From: an uncultured Clostridia bacterium | GTDB taxonomy: Bacteria > Bacillota > Clostridia > Christensenellales > UBA1242 | NCBI GenBank assembly: GCA_944377415.1 | Contig: CALWEW010000004.1 | Coordinates: 1,681 to 65,680, forward strand | Direction of reading: 5' to 3' | DNA length: 64,000 nt | Shown: positions 29,181 to 38,482 of the stretch, piece after piece | Layout of the letters: every line of letters begins with the position of its first letter | How positions within the stretch are numbered: position 1 is the first letter of the stretch | Notes under the pieces: generated by a model | The model's database searches: none | Seen by the model: only the letters and a program-made list of their open reading frames with translations | Told to the model about the DNA's origin: nothing | Program-made: the position numbers and the translations under genes

Positions 29181-30665
29181 TTATTGTTGGTTATTTGGTG
29201 TTGCGTTTTGAGCATTTGATGATTGTTCTGGTTGTTCATTTGCGTTTTGGGTATTTATATTTTCGCTGTCATTTAGTGCGTTTTGTTCGCGGAGTTTTTC
29301 GCGTTTAGAAAGCATTACATAGGCAATGCTACCCGCAACGACTATTGCTACCATAACACAACTTAAAGTAAGGAATACAATTTCGACCGTTCCAAAGGCA
29401 TATGGAACTTCGGCGTAAAATGGTAGTGCGATATAGTCGCCATTATCGTTTTCATAATATAAATTTACATAATCGAAATTTCGACTACTTGTTGCTAGAT
29501 TAAATTGTATTGTATTATAGCCGTTACTAATCGTAGTTGTGATGGTTTGTTCTGTATAAACATCGTCCATAATATAGGCTAATTTAAAGGTTTCTGCTTT
29601 GCCACCTTCATCATTGTAAATAGTGATAGTGTAATATGAACTGATTAGACTACCGTCATCTAATTTTGATATTGGATAAGCGGACTTGTAGTTTCCTTCA
29701 TCTGCAATAAACGCAATGAATAGTGAAATGAATACGGCAAACAAGAATACGCAAGAGAAAATAATCGAGTAGAAAATTACCTTTATTTTTTGTGATTTTG
29801 TGAGTGGTTTTTTAGGCGCGCGCTCGCCATATAATTTGCTTTTATACGCCGCGGAAAAGGCTTCAAAGTTGGTCATGTTGTAGTTTGCATTTGGGTCGTA
29901 TAAATTATTATTATTTATAGGGTAGGTGGTGTTTGGGGTGTTCGTTTTGATGTACGCGTTTTGTGGTGCATATTGCTGTTGGTTAGTAGTAGCGTTAAAT
30001 TGTTGTTGATTGAATGTGTTTGTGTTATTTTGTGTGGAAAAACTAGTTTTTTCCATATTATTTTGAGTGATATTCTGTGTATTTTGATTTTGTGCCAAAT
30101 TAGAGTTATTTGTTTCGCTTAAATTTTGACTCGTATTGTTCAAAATTGTGTTGACCTTGGCATTCTCTATCATATCGTCGTACGCGAGTTCGATTTCTTC
30201 ATTCTCACGAATAAATGCTGACCAACATTCAAGATAAGCAAGTACGCCGAAAATTACTATTGTGGCAATGTATCCAGATTGCGCACTTGTGCCGACTAAT
30301 GCTCCTAATAAAGCCTCAGCGCTCGAACCACTTTCACTGTTTGATAAAACGAGGGTTACAATTAGCATAGCAAGTGATGCTATTGTTGAAAATAAGGCAA
30401 GAACAAAAATTGCGATGCTAAGACCTTTGTTTGCGGCGAGCCTTTTTGATGCGTTTTGAATGATGAGTAAAATTAATGTAATTAGAGTTAGACCAACTAA
30501 CGAAAACGCGAATGCGCCTGTTACCGTCATAAGTGTGCTATAACCTGAGGACTGTGCGAAGATGTCGACACCGAGAGCAACAAATGTCAAAAAGCACAAA
30601 AGTAGCAAAGCACCGCAAACGAAAATTCCCGTTTTCACGATGTTGCGTTTGAATTTCTTTTCCAT
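29181..30665 (-). CDS. Hypothetical membrane protein with Asn/Gln-rich linker
   Basis: About six hydrophobic segments and a low-complexity N/Q/T stretch; start MEKKFK with RBS AAAGGA. Confidence 0.7.
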   Translation of the reverse strand: MEKKFKRNIVKTGIFVCGALLLLCFLTFVALGVDIFAQSSGYSTLMTVTGAFAFSLVGLTLITLILLIIQNASKRLAANKGLSIAIFVLALFSTIASLAMLIVTLVLSNSESGSSAEALLGALVGTSAQSGYIATIVIFGVLAYLECWSAFIRENEEIELAYDDMIENAKVNTILNNTSQNLSETNNSNLAQNQNTQNITQNNMEKTSFSTQNNTNTFNQQQFNATTNQQQYAPQNAYIKTNTPNTTYPINNNNLYDPNANYNMTNFEAFSAAYKSKLYGERAPKKPLTKSQKIKVIFYSIIFSCVFLFAVFISLFIAFIADEGNYKSAYPISKLDDGSLISSYYTITIYNDEGGKAETFKLAYIMDDVYTEQTITTTISNGYNTIQFNLATSSRNFDYVNLYYENDNGDYIALPFYAEVPYAFGTVEIVFLTLSCVMVAIVVAGSIAYVMLSKREKLREQNALNDSENINTQNANEQPEQSSNAQNATPNNQQ

Positions 30666-31040
30666 AATAAACTTTCCTTTTTGGTATTTTTGCCTTTTGC
30701 AAAGTATCATGAAAGCAAAAGGTTTAAATAAAAATCTATAAATAATATAACATAATTAAACTTAATTTACAACAGTTTTAAATTTATGAAAAAATTTTTT
30801 AAATTTTAATATTTTGTTACAATGAATTAAACAAATCTTCAATAAATCACTTCTTTATTGATACTGATATCATGTTATAATTGTGTGCATTTTATATAAA
30901 AAAATTTTTAATTAAATTAAAAAACTTGAATATAAAATTTTGTTTTTGGCTTGTAAATAATTATTAATTGTAATTCAAGCTTTTATTACAGGAGTTTATG
31001 TAGTTTGTAATTAGAAAATAACATAATTGACTTTTATTTC

Positions 31041-31069
31041 TTGACAAAACCTAATTTTTTATATATAAT
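31041..31069 (+). promoter_or_regulatory. Consensus SigA promoter for the tRNA locus
   Basis: TTGACA(31041)-17 bp-TATAAT(31064). Confidence 0.85.
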
Positions 31070-31207
31070 CAACACATATACTTGCTTCGTTTCTAAATTT
31101 GTGTACAGCAAGTACTTGTTCTGTGTTTTGCGGCCGTGTCGCATACTTGTTTCGTATTTTTTAACAAGTGTATTGTAAATACTTATTTTTTATTTTGTAA
31201 CCAGCTT

Positions 31208-31247
31208 GCTGATGTGGCTCAGTCGGTAGAGCACTGCCTTGGTAAGG
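31208..31247 (+). pseudogene. 5' half of tRNA-Thr(GGT), truncated just after the anticodon loop (candidate attL)
   Basis: GCTGATG-TG-GCTC AGTCGGTA GAGC-A-CTGCC TTGGTAA GG followed by non-tRNA sequence; no T arm and no 3' acceptor strand. Confidence 0.85.
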
Positions 31248-31305
31248 ATTTCTGACTCCATTTTTGCCTTACCAACATAGCAGCAAAAAGTGGAGCAGTA
31301 AATAT

Positions 31306-31381
31306 GCTAACGTGGCGCAGTAGGTAGCGCACATCATTGGTAATGATGAGGTCGGCAGTTCGAATCTGCTCGTTAGCTCCA
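31306..31381 (+). tRNA. tRNA-Thr(GGT), complete, CCA encoded
   Basis: 76 nt cloverleaf: acceptor GCTAACG/CGTTAGC, D stem GCGC, anticodon arm CATCA-TTGGTAA-TGATG, T arm GGCAG-TTCGAAT-CTGCT, 3' TCCA. Confidence 0.95.
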
Positions 31382-31385
31382 TAAC

Positions 31386-31439
31386 AAGAAAACCCTTTAT
31401 TTATCGCATTTTTGTCGATTTATAAAGGGTTTTCTTTTA
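31386..31439 (+). terminator. Terminator after tRNA
   Basis: AAGAAAACCCTTTAT...ATAAAGGGTTTTCTT-TT. Confidence 0.8.
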
Positions 31440-31538
31440 TTAATAGATTGTGCTTATAAACGGAGCAACGCTTATTTTTGCACTAGTGAAAATTAAGTGC
31501 GTAAATTTTAATAATATTGTCATTTGATATTCTATTAA

Positions 31539-31591
31539 AAACTGCCTAAAACTGCCTAAATTTGTGTAAATGGTCCCGAATGGTCCCGTAA
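31539..31591. repeat. Paired 10-bp direct repeats, candidate integrase arm-type binding sites
   Basis: AACTGCCTAA x2 and AATGGTCCCG x2, located between the tRNA locus and the integrase. Confidence 0.6.
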
Positions 31592-31641
31592 AAAAATATT
31601 AAAAATTTATGTATCAAACTAGTATGTTTTGGATTTTATGG

Positions 31642-32925
31642 CTAGTGTTTTTTAAATTTATAAACTTCTTCAGCACTTACTTTCGTTCCATTTGGCCAAA
31701 CAATACCGCCACCCACTTTATACTCAGCGAAAACTTTTTCCTTGCCGAATCTATTAATTAAATCATCCACTTCAGGTATTGATTTCGACAAGGTATGCAA
31801 AACTTCAAAAAATAAAATTAATTTTACTTTTACATCTTTGTTACTATTTTGTTGATATTTTTCAAATATTTGTTTAGGTACACTATAAAGTCTATATAAC
31901 TCTTCTAACTCATCCTCTTTAAAAACACCTTCCGACATTAAATATTTTTTATTTTTGTAAACATCCATAGTTTCTTTACTTAAAAAATTTAAGTTATCTA
32001 GTGTATCTGTGCTTAATAAATTAATAAATTTGCTTCGCTTATTATTCAAAAGTTTCAAACATTTTGTTTTAAATTCTTCATATTTAATGTACTCGAACTC
32101 TTCTTTACAATGCAATTTTTTACTCAAATCATTATATAAAGTTTCCATTAACTCAGATAAAGCAAATAGTATAGTGTCTAAATATATCATCCTTTCGTTT
32201 TTCTTTTTCTTTCTATTTTCAATAATTATAAATATATTGCATATACCTGTAGCTAAAATACCTGTACCAATAGCAAATAATAGATTATAGAGTAAATTAA
32301 TTATATTATAAAATTTGGCGCTTATCATAATTAAATTTATACCCAATAATATTAAAACAACTGCATATTTGTATTTTGTTTGTTTGAAACAAAAAAATAT
32401 AAATAAGGTAAAAACTAGGATTATTAAATCCCAAAAATAAGGTTGATTTGCAAAATAATAAATGTATAAAGGTAATATTAATATTATCGCTAAAAAAGAT
32501 AATATTGGTTTTAAATATTTTGTTAATTTATTATATTGATTGAATAGTGTCAATAGTAAAGAGCTCAAAACAAACAACACCCAAGAATGTAGTGGATTAA
32601 ACAAAAGGGAGTTTATTGTTGTTACACCAAAGTATAGTGCTATTGTAGAGGCAATACATATTAAGGAGGATAGCACAATTAATATAATAAATACCCAATT
32701 TATTATTTTCAATTTTTTTTCTTTTTTACTTATAGCTTTATTTAAATCGTTTATTTGGTTTATTATATCCTGTTCTTGTTCCTTTGTGGGGCTTTTGTCA
32801 GCGCTTCGCACTCGTTGCTCATATTTAAAAATGGAAGGCTTTTTTAAGTCTATCAGGATAAATATTAAAATTAAACCCCATGCTATAATTATTCCATAAT
32901 TTGATATTATATCTATAAAACTCAT
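31642..32925 (-). CDS. Hypothetical multi-TM membrane protein (ICE cargo)
   Basis: About seven TM segments followed by a soluble helical domain; extremely AT-rich. Confidence 0.7.
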   Translation of the reverse strand: MSFIDIISNYGIIIAWGLILIFILIDLKKPSIFKYEQRVRSADKSPTKEQEQDIINQINDLNKAISKKEKKLKIINWVFIILIVLSSLICIASTIALYFGVTTINSLLFNPLHSWVLFVLSSLLLTLFNQYNKLTKYLKPILSFLAIILILPLYIYYFANQPYFWDLIILVFTLFIFFCFKQTKYKYAVVLILLGINLIMISAKFYNIINLLYNLLFAIGTGILATGICNIFIIIENRKKKKNERMIYLDTILFALSELMETLYNDLSKKLHCKEEFEYIKYEEFKTKCLKLLNNKRSKFINLLSTDTLDNLNFLSKETMDVYKNKKYLMSEGVFKEDELEELYRLYSVPKQIFEKYQQNSNKDVKVKLILFFEVLHTLSKSIPEVDDLINRFGKEKVFAEYKVGGGIVWPNGTKVSAEEVYKFKKH

Positions 32926-32994
32926 ATTTCTATTATATCATATATAGTTTAAATTTAAAAGAGTGGACAATGAATAATCTTAATAAGTTCGTTT

Positions 32995-34368
32995 TTACAT
33001 CTCATCCTGATGTTGTTTTTTCTGTGCTTTCTTTTCTGCAAGTAGTTTTTCTAGCATTATAATTTCAGGATCGGTTTCTATTTCATCTAAGTCCCTTTGT
33101 AATGCTGGTGTTTGTTTTTTCTGCTCTAATGCTTTAAATTCTGCCATTTTTTCGTTATTAAATAAATCATTTAGTTTATCTGTTGCCTGTTTATAATAAC
33201 TTTTGTCTATGCTGTTATATACTGTTAATGTAGTCTTTACCGATTTGTGTCCTAGCAAAGCTTGAATAACTTTTGGATTCTCATTAGCTTCAAAAAGCAT
33301 GTTTGAATAAGTATGTCTTAGGGTATGAAAATGTATTTTCCCAAAGAACCCGTGTTTTTTCGCTAATCTATCAAAAGCAACTCTAGTTCCATAGTAGGTT
33401 CTTACGCTTCCATCATCATTAGAGAACACTATGGAAGATGGCTTTAATAAATCCACGCCTGATAGTTGTTGCTTTACCCATTGTTGTTTTTTCCAATCTT
33501 TTAATGCATCAAGCAATATATCAGGAACAGGCACTTCTCGTACCGAGCAAGCAGTTTTAGTGTCGCTTATTACTGTTTTCCTAGATATTATTTCGCCTTT
33601 ATCATCAAAAATTGGCACTTGTGTTATACCGTGCTGAACATTAATCGTTTTATTTTCAAAATCAATGTTTTCCCATTTTAAAGCTAGAATTTCGCCAATC
33701 CTAAGACCTGCAAACATGGCAGTCATACAAAGTGTTTTGAGAAACGGGTGTCCGTTTATTGCCATCAAAAATTTCATTCTGTATTCTGCAGGGATCGCTT
33801 TATATTCATTTTCCTGGTCATACAGTCTTACATTTCTACTTCTAACTTTTATTTGATAGGTAGGGTTAGTAGTTACCAAACCGCTTTCCATCGCATAATC
33901 AAAAAATTGATTGAGTAAAAATTTATTTTTCTTAACAGTATTTATTGCTAAACCTTGCGCCAGCAATTCATTTATGAGCTGTTGAATAGTTGCTTTGCTA
34001 ACATTTTCTATTTGCATATTACCAAGATATGGTTTTATATGTAAATTAAAATTTCTAATATTTCCCTCAAAAGTTCTTGGTGTAACTGATGGTTTTTTGA
34101 ATATTAACAACCAATCTAAAAACAATTCCCCGAAATTTTTATTAGAATACAAGGAATTTTTAAATATATTCATTTTCCCGGTTAGTTCAACTAGCTTTTT
34201 TGATGCTTCCGCTTTAGAATGAGCGCGAACTTTTTTGCGACTTTTTGTACCATCTGCATTAGTAACCCATATTGCTCCGACCCAAGTTCCATTCTTTTCC
34301 TGATAGATAGAGCCTTCGCCATTGCCTCGCCTTGTTCTTTGAATTACTTTATTTTTCTTCGTTGCCAT
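32995..34368 (-). CDS. int: Tyrosine recombinase/integrase
   Basis: RRGNGEGSIY arm-binding N-terminus; GLRIGE, KT, HTLRHTY, LLGH, VY. Confidence 0.95.
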   Translation of the reverse strand: MATKKNKVIQRTRRGNGEGSIYQEKNGTWVGAIWVTNADGTKSRKKVRAHSKAEASKKLVELTGKMNIFKNSLYSNKNFGELFLDWLLIFKKPSVTPRTFEGNIRNFNLHIKPYLGNMQIENVSKATIQQLINELLAQGLAINTVKKNKFLLNQFFDYAMESGLVTTNPTYQIKVRSRNVRLYDQENEYKAIPAEYRMKFLMAINGHPFLKTLCMTAMFAGLRIGEILALKWENIDFENKTINVQHGITQVPIFDDKGEIISRKTVISDTKTACSVREVPVPDILLDALKDWKKQQWVKQQLSGVDLLKPSSIVFSNDDGSVRTYYGTRVAFDRLAKKHGFFGKIHFHTLRHTYSNMLFEANENPKVIQALLGHKSVKTTLTVYNSIDKSYYKQATDKLNDLFNNEKMAEFKALEQKKQTPALQRDLDEIETDPEIIMLEKLLAEKKAQKKQHQDEM

Positions 34369-34603
34369 TTTCTGCTCCTAGTTTCTTCATTTGCCAACTA
34401 ACAAAAGCGACTATGCTTACAATTTTTCTTTTTCCAATTTGCGTAGTAGGGAAATTTTTATTATTCATTAAGTTGCGTACATTGTCGCGCCCTAAACCGG
34501 TGATTTTTATTATATCTTCGCATTCTAAATATTCTTTACCATACTTGTTTGAAAGCCTAGCTACTTCTGCAGTTATTAAATCTTCTATTTTTATGTTCGA
34601 CAT
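34349..34603 (-). CDS. xis: Excisionase-like HTH protein
   Basis: 84 aa, overlaps the int start; YLECEDIIKITGLGRDNVRNLM..FPT.QIGKRKIV. Confidence 0.75.
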   Translation of the reverse strand: MSNIKIEDLITAEVARLSNKYGKEYLECEDIIKITGLGRDNVRNLMNNKNFPTTQIGKRKIVSIVAFVSWQMKKLGAENGNEEK

Positions 34604-34612
34604 AATATACCT

Positions 34613-35359
34613 TTATTTTAATAAAAAACTTTGTTGTCCATTAGCATCACAGCCCTCAAGTCTGTTCTTTGCTATCTTGTACCACTTAGGGTTAATTTCT
34701 ATGCCTATGTAATTTCTATTTAGATTTTTACAGGCAATAGCGGTCGTGCCAGAGCCAAGAAAGCAATCAAGCACCACATCGTTTTCCTTACTGCTATTGC
34801 GTATCAAGGTTTCAATAATGCGTAAAGGTTTGCAGGTAGGGTGATGATATGCGTTTTTATCATTTATGTTAGTTGGGCTTCTAAATACCGTGCGCGCATC
34901 TTCATAGGATTTAGGATCGCAAACATTTGCGCCTTTGAAATACAAGCAGTATTCAACATCATTGAGGTATTGATGGTTGTATAGCGGCATCACATTAGGC
35001 TTATTCCAAAATAATAGTTCAAAATTAAGTTTTTGTTTGTTTACGAAGTGGTTTAAATACATGGGAATTTGTTTTCTATTACACCAAATATAGATATTAG
35101 GAATTTTCATTATTCTCATAAACTCATCAAATATTTCTTCTCGAATACCTTGGGTTATATTATTATCAATTAGTTCTTGGTTGAGTTTATAAATTCCTTT
35201 TGTTATGTCATTTTTTATGCTATCAATTTTTTCTTGAGTTTTTGATTTACCATCTATTTGATAAGGTGGATCTATAACGATTAAATCTATTGATTTGTCT
35301 GGAATTTCTTTTATAAGTTCATAACAATCGCCGAGATAAATGTTGTTTGTTTCTAACAC
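34613..35359 (-). CDS. Orphan N4/N6 DNA methyltransferase (beta class)
   Basis: GDCYELIK, DPPY, HPTCKP, VLDCFLGSGTT, IGIE; GTG start at 35359 after GAGGA. Confidence 0.92.
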   Translation of the reverse strand: MLETNNIYLGDCYELIKEIPDKSIDLIVIDPPYQIDGKSKTQEKIDSIKNDITKGIYKLNQELIDNNITQGIREEIFDEFMRIMKIPNIYIWCNRKQIPMYLNHFVNKQKLNFELLFWNKPNVMPLYNHQYLNDVEYCLYFKGANVCDPKSYEDARTVFRSPTNINDKNAYHHPTCKPLRIIETLIRNSSKENDVVLDCFLGSGTTAIACKNLNRNYIGIEINPKWYKIAKNRLEGCDANGQQSFLLK

Positions 35360-35667
35360 TACATTTCCTCTGATTTGTATTTTTCTCTTAACTCGCATTT
35401 GTAAATATACGAACCTATACAAGACGATGCATTATCTTGATATACATCCATATTCAAACACCATTGGATATAATCGTTATAGATTTTTTTAATTATATTT
35501 TTATCACGCATTAAATAGCCTAATTCTTTATCATCAAAGTCTTCATTTTTAAGGCATTCATAGATTGCATTAAGAAAGGGAGACCTTGAATCAATTAAAT
35601 CTTTTTCTAAATTTATATTACTAAATTCATTTTCAATTTGAGAAAGAAATTTTTGTTTCTTGTCCAT
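35359..35667 (-). CDS. Hypothetical protein (ends SEEM)
   Basis: RBS GAGG; tightly packed operon. Confidence 0.7.
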   Translation of the reverse strand: MDKKQKFLSQIENEFSNINLEKDLIDSRSPFLNAIYECLKNEDFDDKELGYLMRDKNIIKKIYNDYIQWCLNMDVYQDNASSCIGSYIYKCELREKYKSEEM

Positions 35668-35716
35668 TATAAAACCTCATTTATTAAATTTCTCTCTTTC
35701 AAATCTCTAAATCAAC

Positions 35717-36235
35717 CTACATTTCATTGTTATTTTGTAATTTAGCCAACTGTTTCTTTATTACTTGTCTATCTTCTTTATAGCATTCTTTATCTAATGT
35801 TTGTTTCAATGGTTTGAATGAATTAAATAAATCTTGTTCTGTTTTGTTTTCCAAATTTTTAAAATAAGCATTTGAATATAGCCATTTGTTATCTTTTGTA
35901 AATATGTAGAAATATTCAATCCAAACATTGGAGAATAATTCTTTTAATGTGCGCTCCTTGGCTTCAGTATTGCTTTCGCCACGATCTCTACCATAAGCAA
36001 GGCAAACATTATCTTGATAGTCATCAAATGTGTGTGACTTACTTTTCGCGGGAGTTGTTACTAAGCCTAGAATAGACAAATCGCCCAAGTTTAATAATTC
36101 ATCAACTTTTTCTTCTGTATTATAAATTTCATCAAGGATTACTCCATTATGTTCTAGATAGCCATCAAAATGGCAGTAAATGGATAGATATTTCCCATTG
36201 GAAAGTTCTTTACAAATCATACTCCTTGTACTCAT
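35717..36235 (-). CDS. Conserved MGE hypothetical protein (ends NNEM)
   Basis: MSTRSMI..IYCHFDGY..G..L, GDLS.L, AYGRDRGE, EYFYIF: pattern typical of phage/ICE accessory proteins. Confidence 0.75.
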   Translation of the reverse strand: MSTRSMICKELSNGKYLSIYCHFDGYLEHNGVILDEIYNTEEKVDELLNLGDLSILGLVTTPAKSKSHTFDDYQDNVCLAYGRDRGESNTEAKERTLKELFSNVWIEYFYIFTKDNKWLYSNAYFKNLENKTEQDLFNSFKPLKQTLDKECYKEDRQVIKKQLAKLQNNNEM

Positions 36236-36594
36236 TCCATTTCCTCCTCATCTTTAGATAATTCCTCTCGTCTTACATCTTCAACATAATGATTTAGTAG
36301 ACTTTCAAAATCTTTATTTGTAGAGCCGTAATATAACTTTTGATGCTTTTCTACTAGTTTGTCTAAAAGATGACCATCACGCAAATAAATAAGTTTTTCA
36401 AGCGGAAATTCTGTTAATTCTTCATGTATATAATCTAATAGATTCTTGTAAACACATATTTTCTCTGAATTTTTCCAAACCTCAGCTTGTGGACTATCTA
36501 GCATTTTATCTTGAAAATCTAGATAATTAACCCGTGCTTTTTCAAGTATTTCACTAACCAGTTCGTTTTTTAATTCTTCACATTTCTTCGCCAT
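36232..36594 (-). CDS. Hypothetical protein (ends EEME)
   Basis: Start MAKKCEE with RBS AGGAG; stop overlaps the next start (ATGA). Confidence 0.7.
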   Translation of the reverse strand: MAKKCEELKNELVSEILEKARVNYLDFQDKMLDSPQAEVWKNSEKICVYKNLLDYIHEELTEFPLEKLIYLRDGHLLDKLVEKHQKLYYGSTNKDFESLLNHYVEDVRREELSKDEEEME

Positions 36595-37024
36595 ACTCAC
36601 TCCTATATTCATAAAACTTATATTTACCATCACAATCATAAATAGAACCAAGTTTGGGTTTATTCTCGTATTCTTTTAGTAAATCATTATCTAAAAACTT
36701 ATCAGCCAAGCTTTTTAATATGGTTTCATAATTGTCCCCATTTTGTGCCACCACAATTTGGTCTAATATGAATTGTGATTCTGGGATGTTTTTGTACAAC
36801 CAATTTGCATAACTTGATAAATCATTGCACCAACCCTCAAGCATGTGTGTATTATCATAAACATCGCCATCGTTATACCACTTATAGATAATCTTATTAA
36901 TAGCAGTAACTAATTGCGTTGCCATGTTTTCACCTTCGCCTTGGCTAGGTAAATATTTATCAACAAGTTTATTAAATTTATCGTAATAACTCCAATTTAC
37001 ACCATCACATTTCTGCATCATCAT
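36578..37024 (-). CDS. Hypothetical protein (ends GEEM)
   Basis: YLPSQGEGE..QL..A..KI.Y.WYNDGD; packed operon. Confidence 0.7.
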   Translation of the reverse strand: MMMQKCDGVNWSYYDKFNKLVDKYLPSQGEGENMATQLVTAINKIIYKWYNDGDVYDNTHMLEGWCNDLSSYANWLYKNIPESQFILDQIVVAQNGDNYETILKSLADKFLDNDLLKEYENKPKLGSIYDCDGKYKFYEYRSEYGEEM

Positions 37025-37820
37025 AATCCTCGCTTTCTATGTATTCATAAGTGCCTGTTTTTTCATTAAACCTGAACTCATCTTCGCCACCCCACATAAA
37101 GAAAGAATTTTCATAAGCTTCTTTCGATGAATCAGTATATTGAATATCTTCCAATATTTCGCCATTTTTAATAGTTGCTTTACCATCATAATATCCCATT
37201 TGTTCTTCTGAATAGGTATAATAGAAAGTATTATCAGGATGCTTTTTAGACATTTCTTTAATTAGCTTTCTTACATCATTCCATGCAGTATTAAACCATA
37301 TCTCATTTGGAGATTTCTCATTATAAGTGGTATCGCAGGCATTCCATTTTGTACCCCAATTTTTAATAGACCAATCGTACCAATTCATAGCCCCATATTT
37401 AATAATGTTGTCTAATGCTCGTTTACCATAATCAATAATGTCTTTTTTGGTTTTAAATAATGGTTCATTTGATTCGTTCCAATTGCCCACAGCCCCTACT
37501 AAATCTCTGACTATCTTATCTATTTCAGTTGGAGATTTTAGATATCTGTTGCTTTTTATAAGTTGAGGGAAAAGTGCATTGTTATAAATAAGTTTAATTT
37601 TTTCTTCTATCTCTTGCATTGATAACGAGTTAAGATAAACAGCGATACAATTATCAGTTACCGAACCCGAAATAATGTCTAGTGCTTCTGGCATAGGTAA
37701 AATACGATTGAAATCAAATTTGTACGCGTTATTTTCTTTATCTTTAATTAAATAGTTTTGTAAGACTTTATCTGCATCTTTACCATCAATGGTAAGATAA
37801 TTTGCTACCCAATTAGGCAT
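37005..37820 (-). CDS. YubB/DUF1281-like ferredoxin-fold protein (ends DAEM)
   Basis: MPNWV.N.L, FDFNRILPMP, WYDWSIKNWGTKWNA, FNTAW. Confidence 0.8.
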   Translation of the reverse strand: MPNWVANYLTIDGKDADKVLQNYLIKDKENNAYKFDFNRILPMPEALDIISGSVTDNCIAVYLNSLSMQEIEEKIKLIYNNALFPQLIKSNRYLKSPTEIDKIVRDLVGAVGNWNESNEPLFKTKKDIIDYGKRALDNIIKYGAMNWYDWSIKNWGTKWNACDTTYNEKSPNEIWFNTAWNDVRKLIKEMSKKHPDNTFYYTYSEEQMGYYDGKATIKNGEILEDIQYTDSSKEAYENSFFMWGGEDEFRFNEKTGTYEYIESEDYDDAEM

Positions 37821-37834
37821 ATATTCCTCCTTTG

Positions 37835-38248
37835 TTACTCCATTTCATTCTTTAATTTTTCTTGTGTTTTTAAAGCCTTTGCACATAAAGTTTGATAATC
37901 TCTATATAAATCTTCGCCATTATGTAATTCATAATGTTTTATGTATTTAAAAATTTTGTTTATTTGAATATTATTTAGAGTTTGCAAATTGCCATCTTCA
38001 TCAAAGCAAACAAATACCGCAGGGCCACAGAGACAATCATAAAACTTAGGCATCATGAAATTCCCATCCATTTTAAATATTTTTGCTTCATCATTGCAAA
38101 GAATATTAATGCTTTCATCAAATGGCGCATAAATGCATTCTACAGAACCTTTTACAAGATTTTGCCACTCTTTCAACTCATTTTTGATTTCTATTAAGAC
38201 AGCATCCTTGTAAGGCTCTTTGTAAACTGCTCTTATAGGTTTATTCAT
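37835..38248 (-). CDS. DUF3846-like protein (ends NEME)
   Basis: KEP...IKNELKEWQNLVKG.VE, ILCNDEAK, LCGPAVF. Confidence 0.7.
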   Translation of the reverse strand: MNKPIRAVYKEPYKDAVLIEIKNELKEWQNLVKGSVECIYAPFDESINILCNDEAKIFKMDGNFMMPKFYDCLCGPAVFVCFDEDGNLQTLNNIQINKIFKYIKHYELHNGEDLYRDYQTLCAKALKTQEKLKNEME

Positions 38249-38251
38249 TAG

Positions 38252-38482
38252 TCAATTATCCTTTTCCTTAATGTAATTTAAAAATTTTTCTATTTGTTCA
38301 GCATTTGTGTAATAGGCTTGTTGTATTGCTACGCCTATCATGTTATAGAAATAGTCATAATTTGTATTTGCGGTAACCTTTAAGTTTTTTCGTATCAATC
38401 TCAACATAACTAGTAAATCATTTTTCGTATTGATATCTAGTATCTCTAAAAAATTCACCATTTCACCACTAAGTCTTAGCAT
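38252..38482 (-). CDS. Small hypothetical protein
   Basis: RBS GAGGTGG; overlaps the upstream stop; fills the operon. Confidence 0.6.
   Translation of the reverse strand: MLRLSGEMVNFLEILDINTKNDLLVMLRLIRKNLKVTANTNYDYFYNMIGVAIQQAYYTNAEQIEKFLNYIKEKDN

Noticed and set aside
31208-31381. Single intron-containing tRNA
   Set aside because: The second unit is complete on its own and its 3' half does not pair with the first unit's stems; the spacer is far too short for a group I intron.
34613-35359. Complete restriction-modification system
   Set aside because: No adjacent endonuclease recognised; treated as an orphan methyltransferase.
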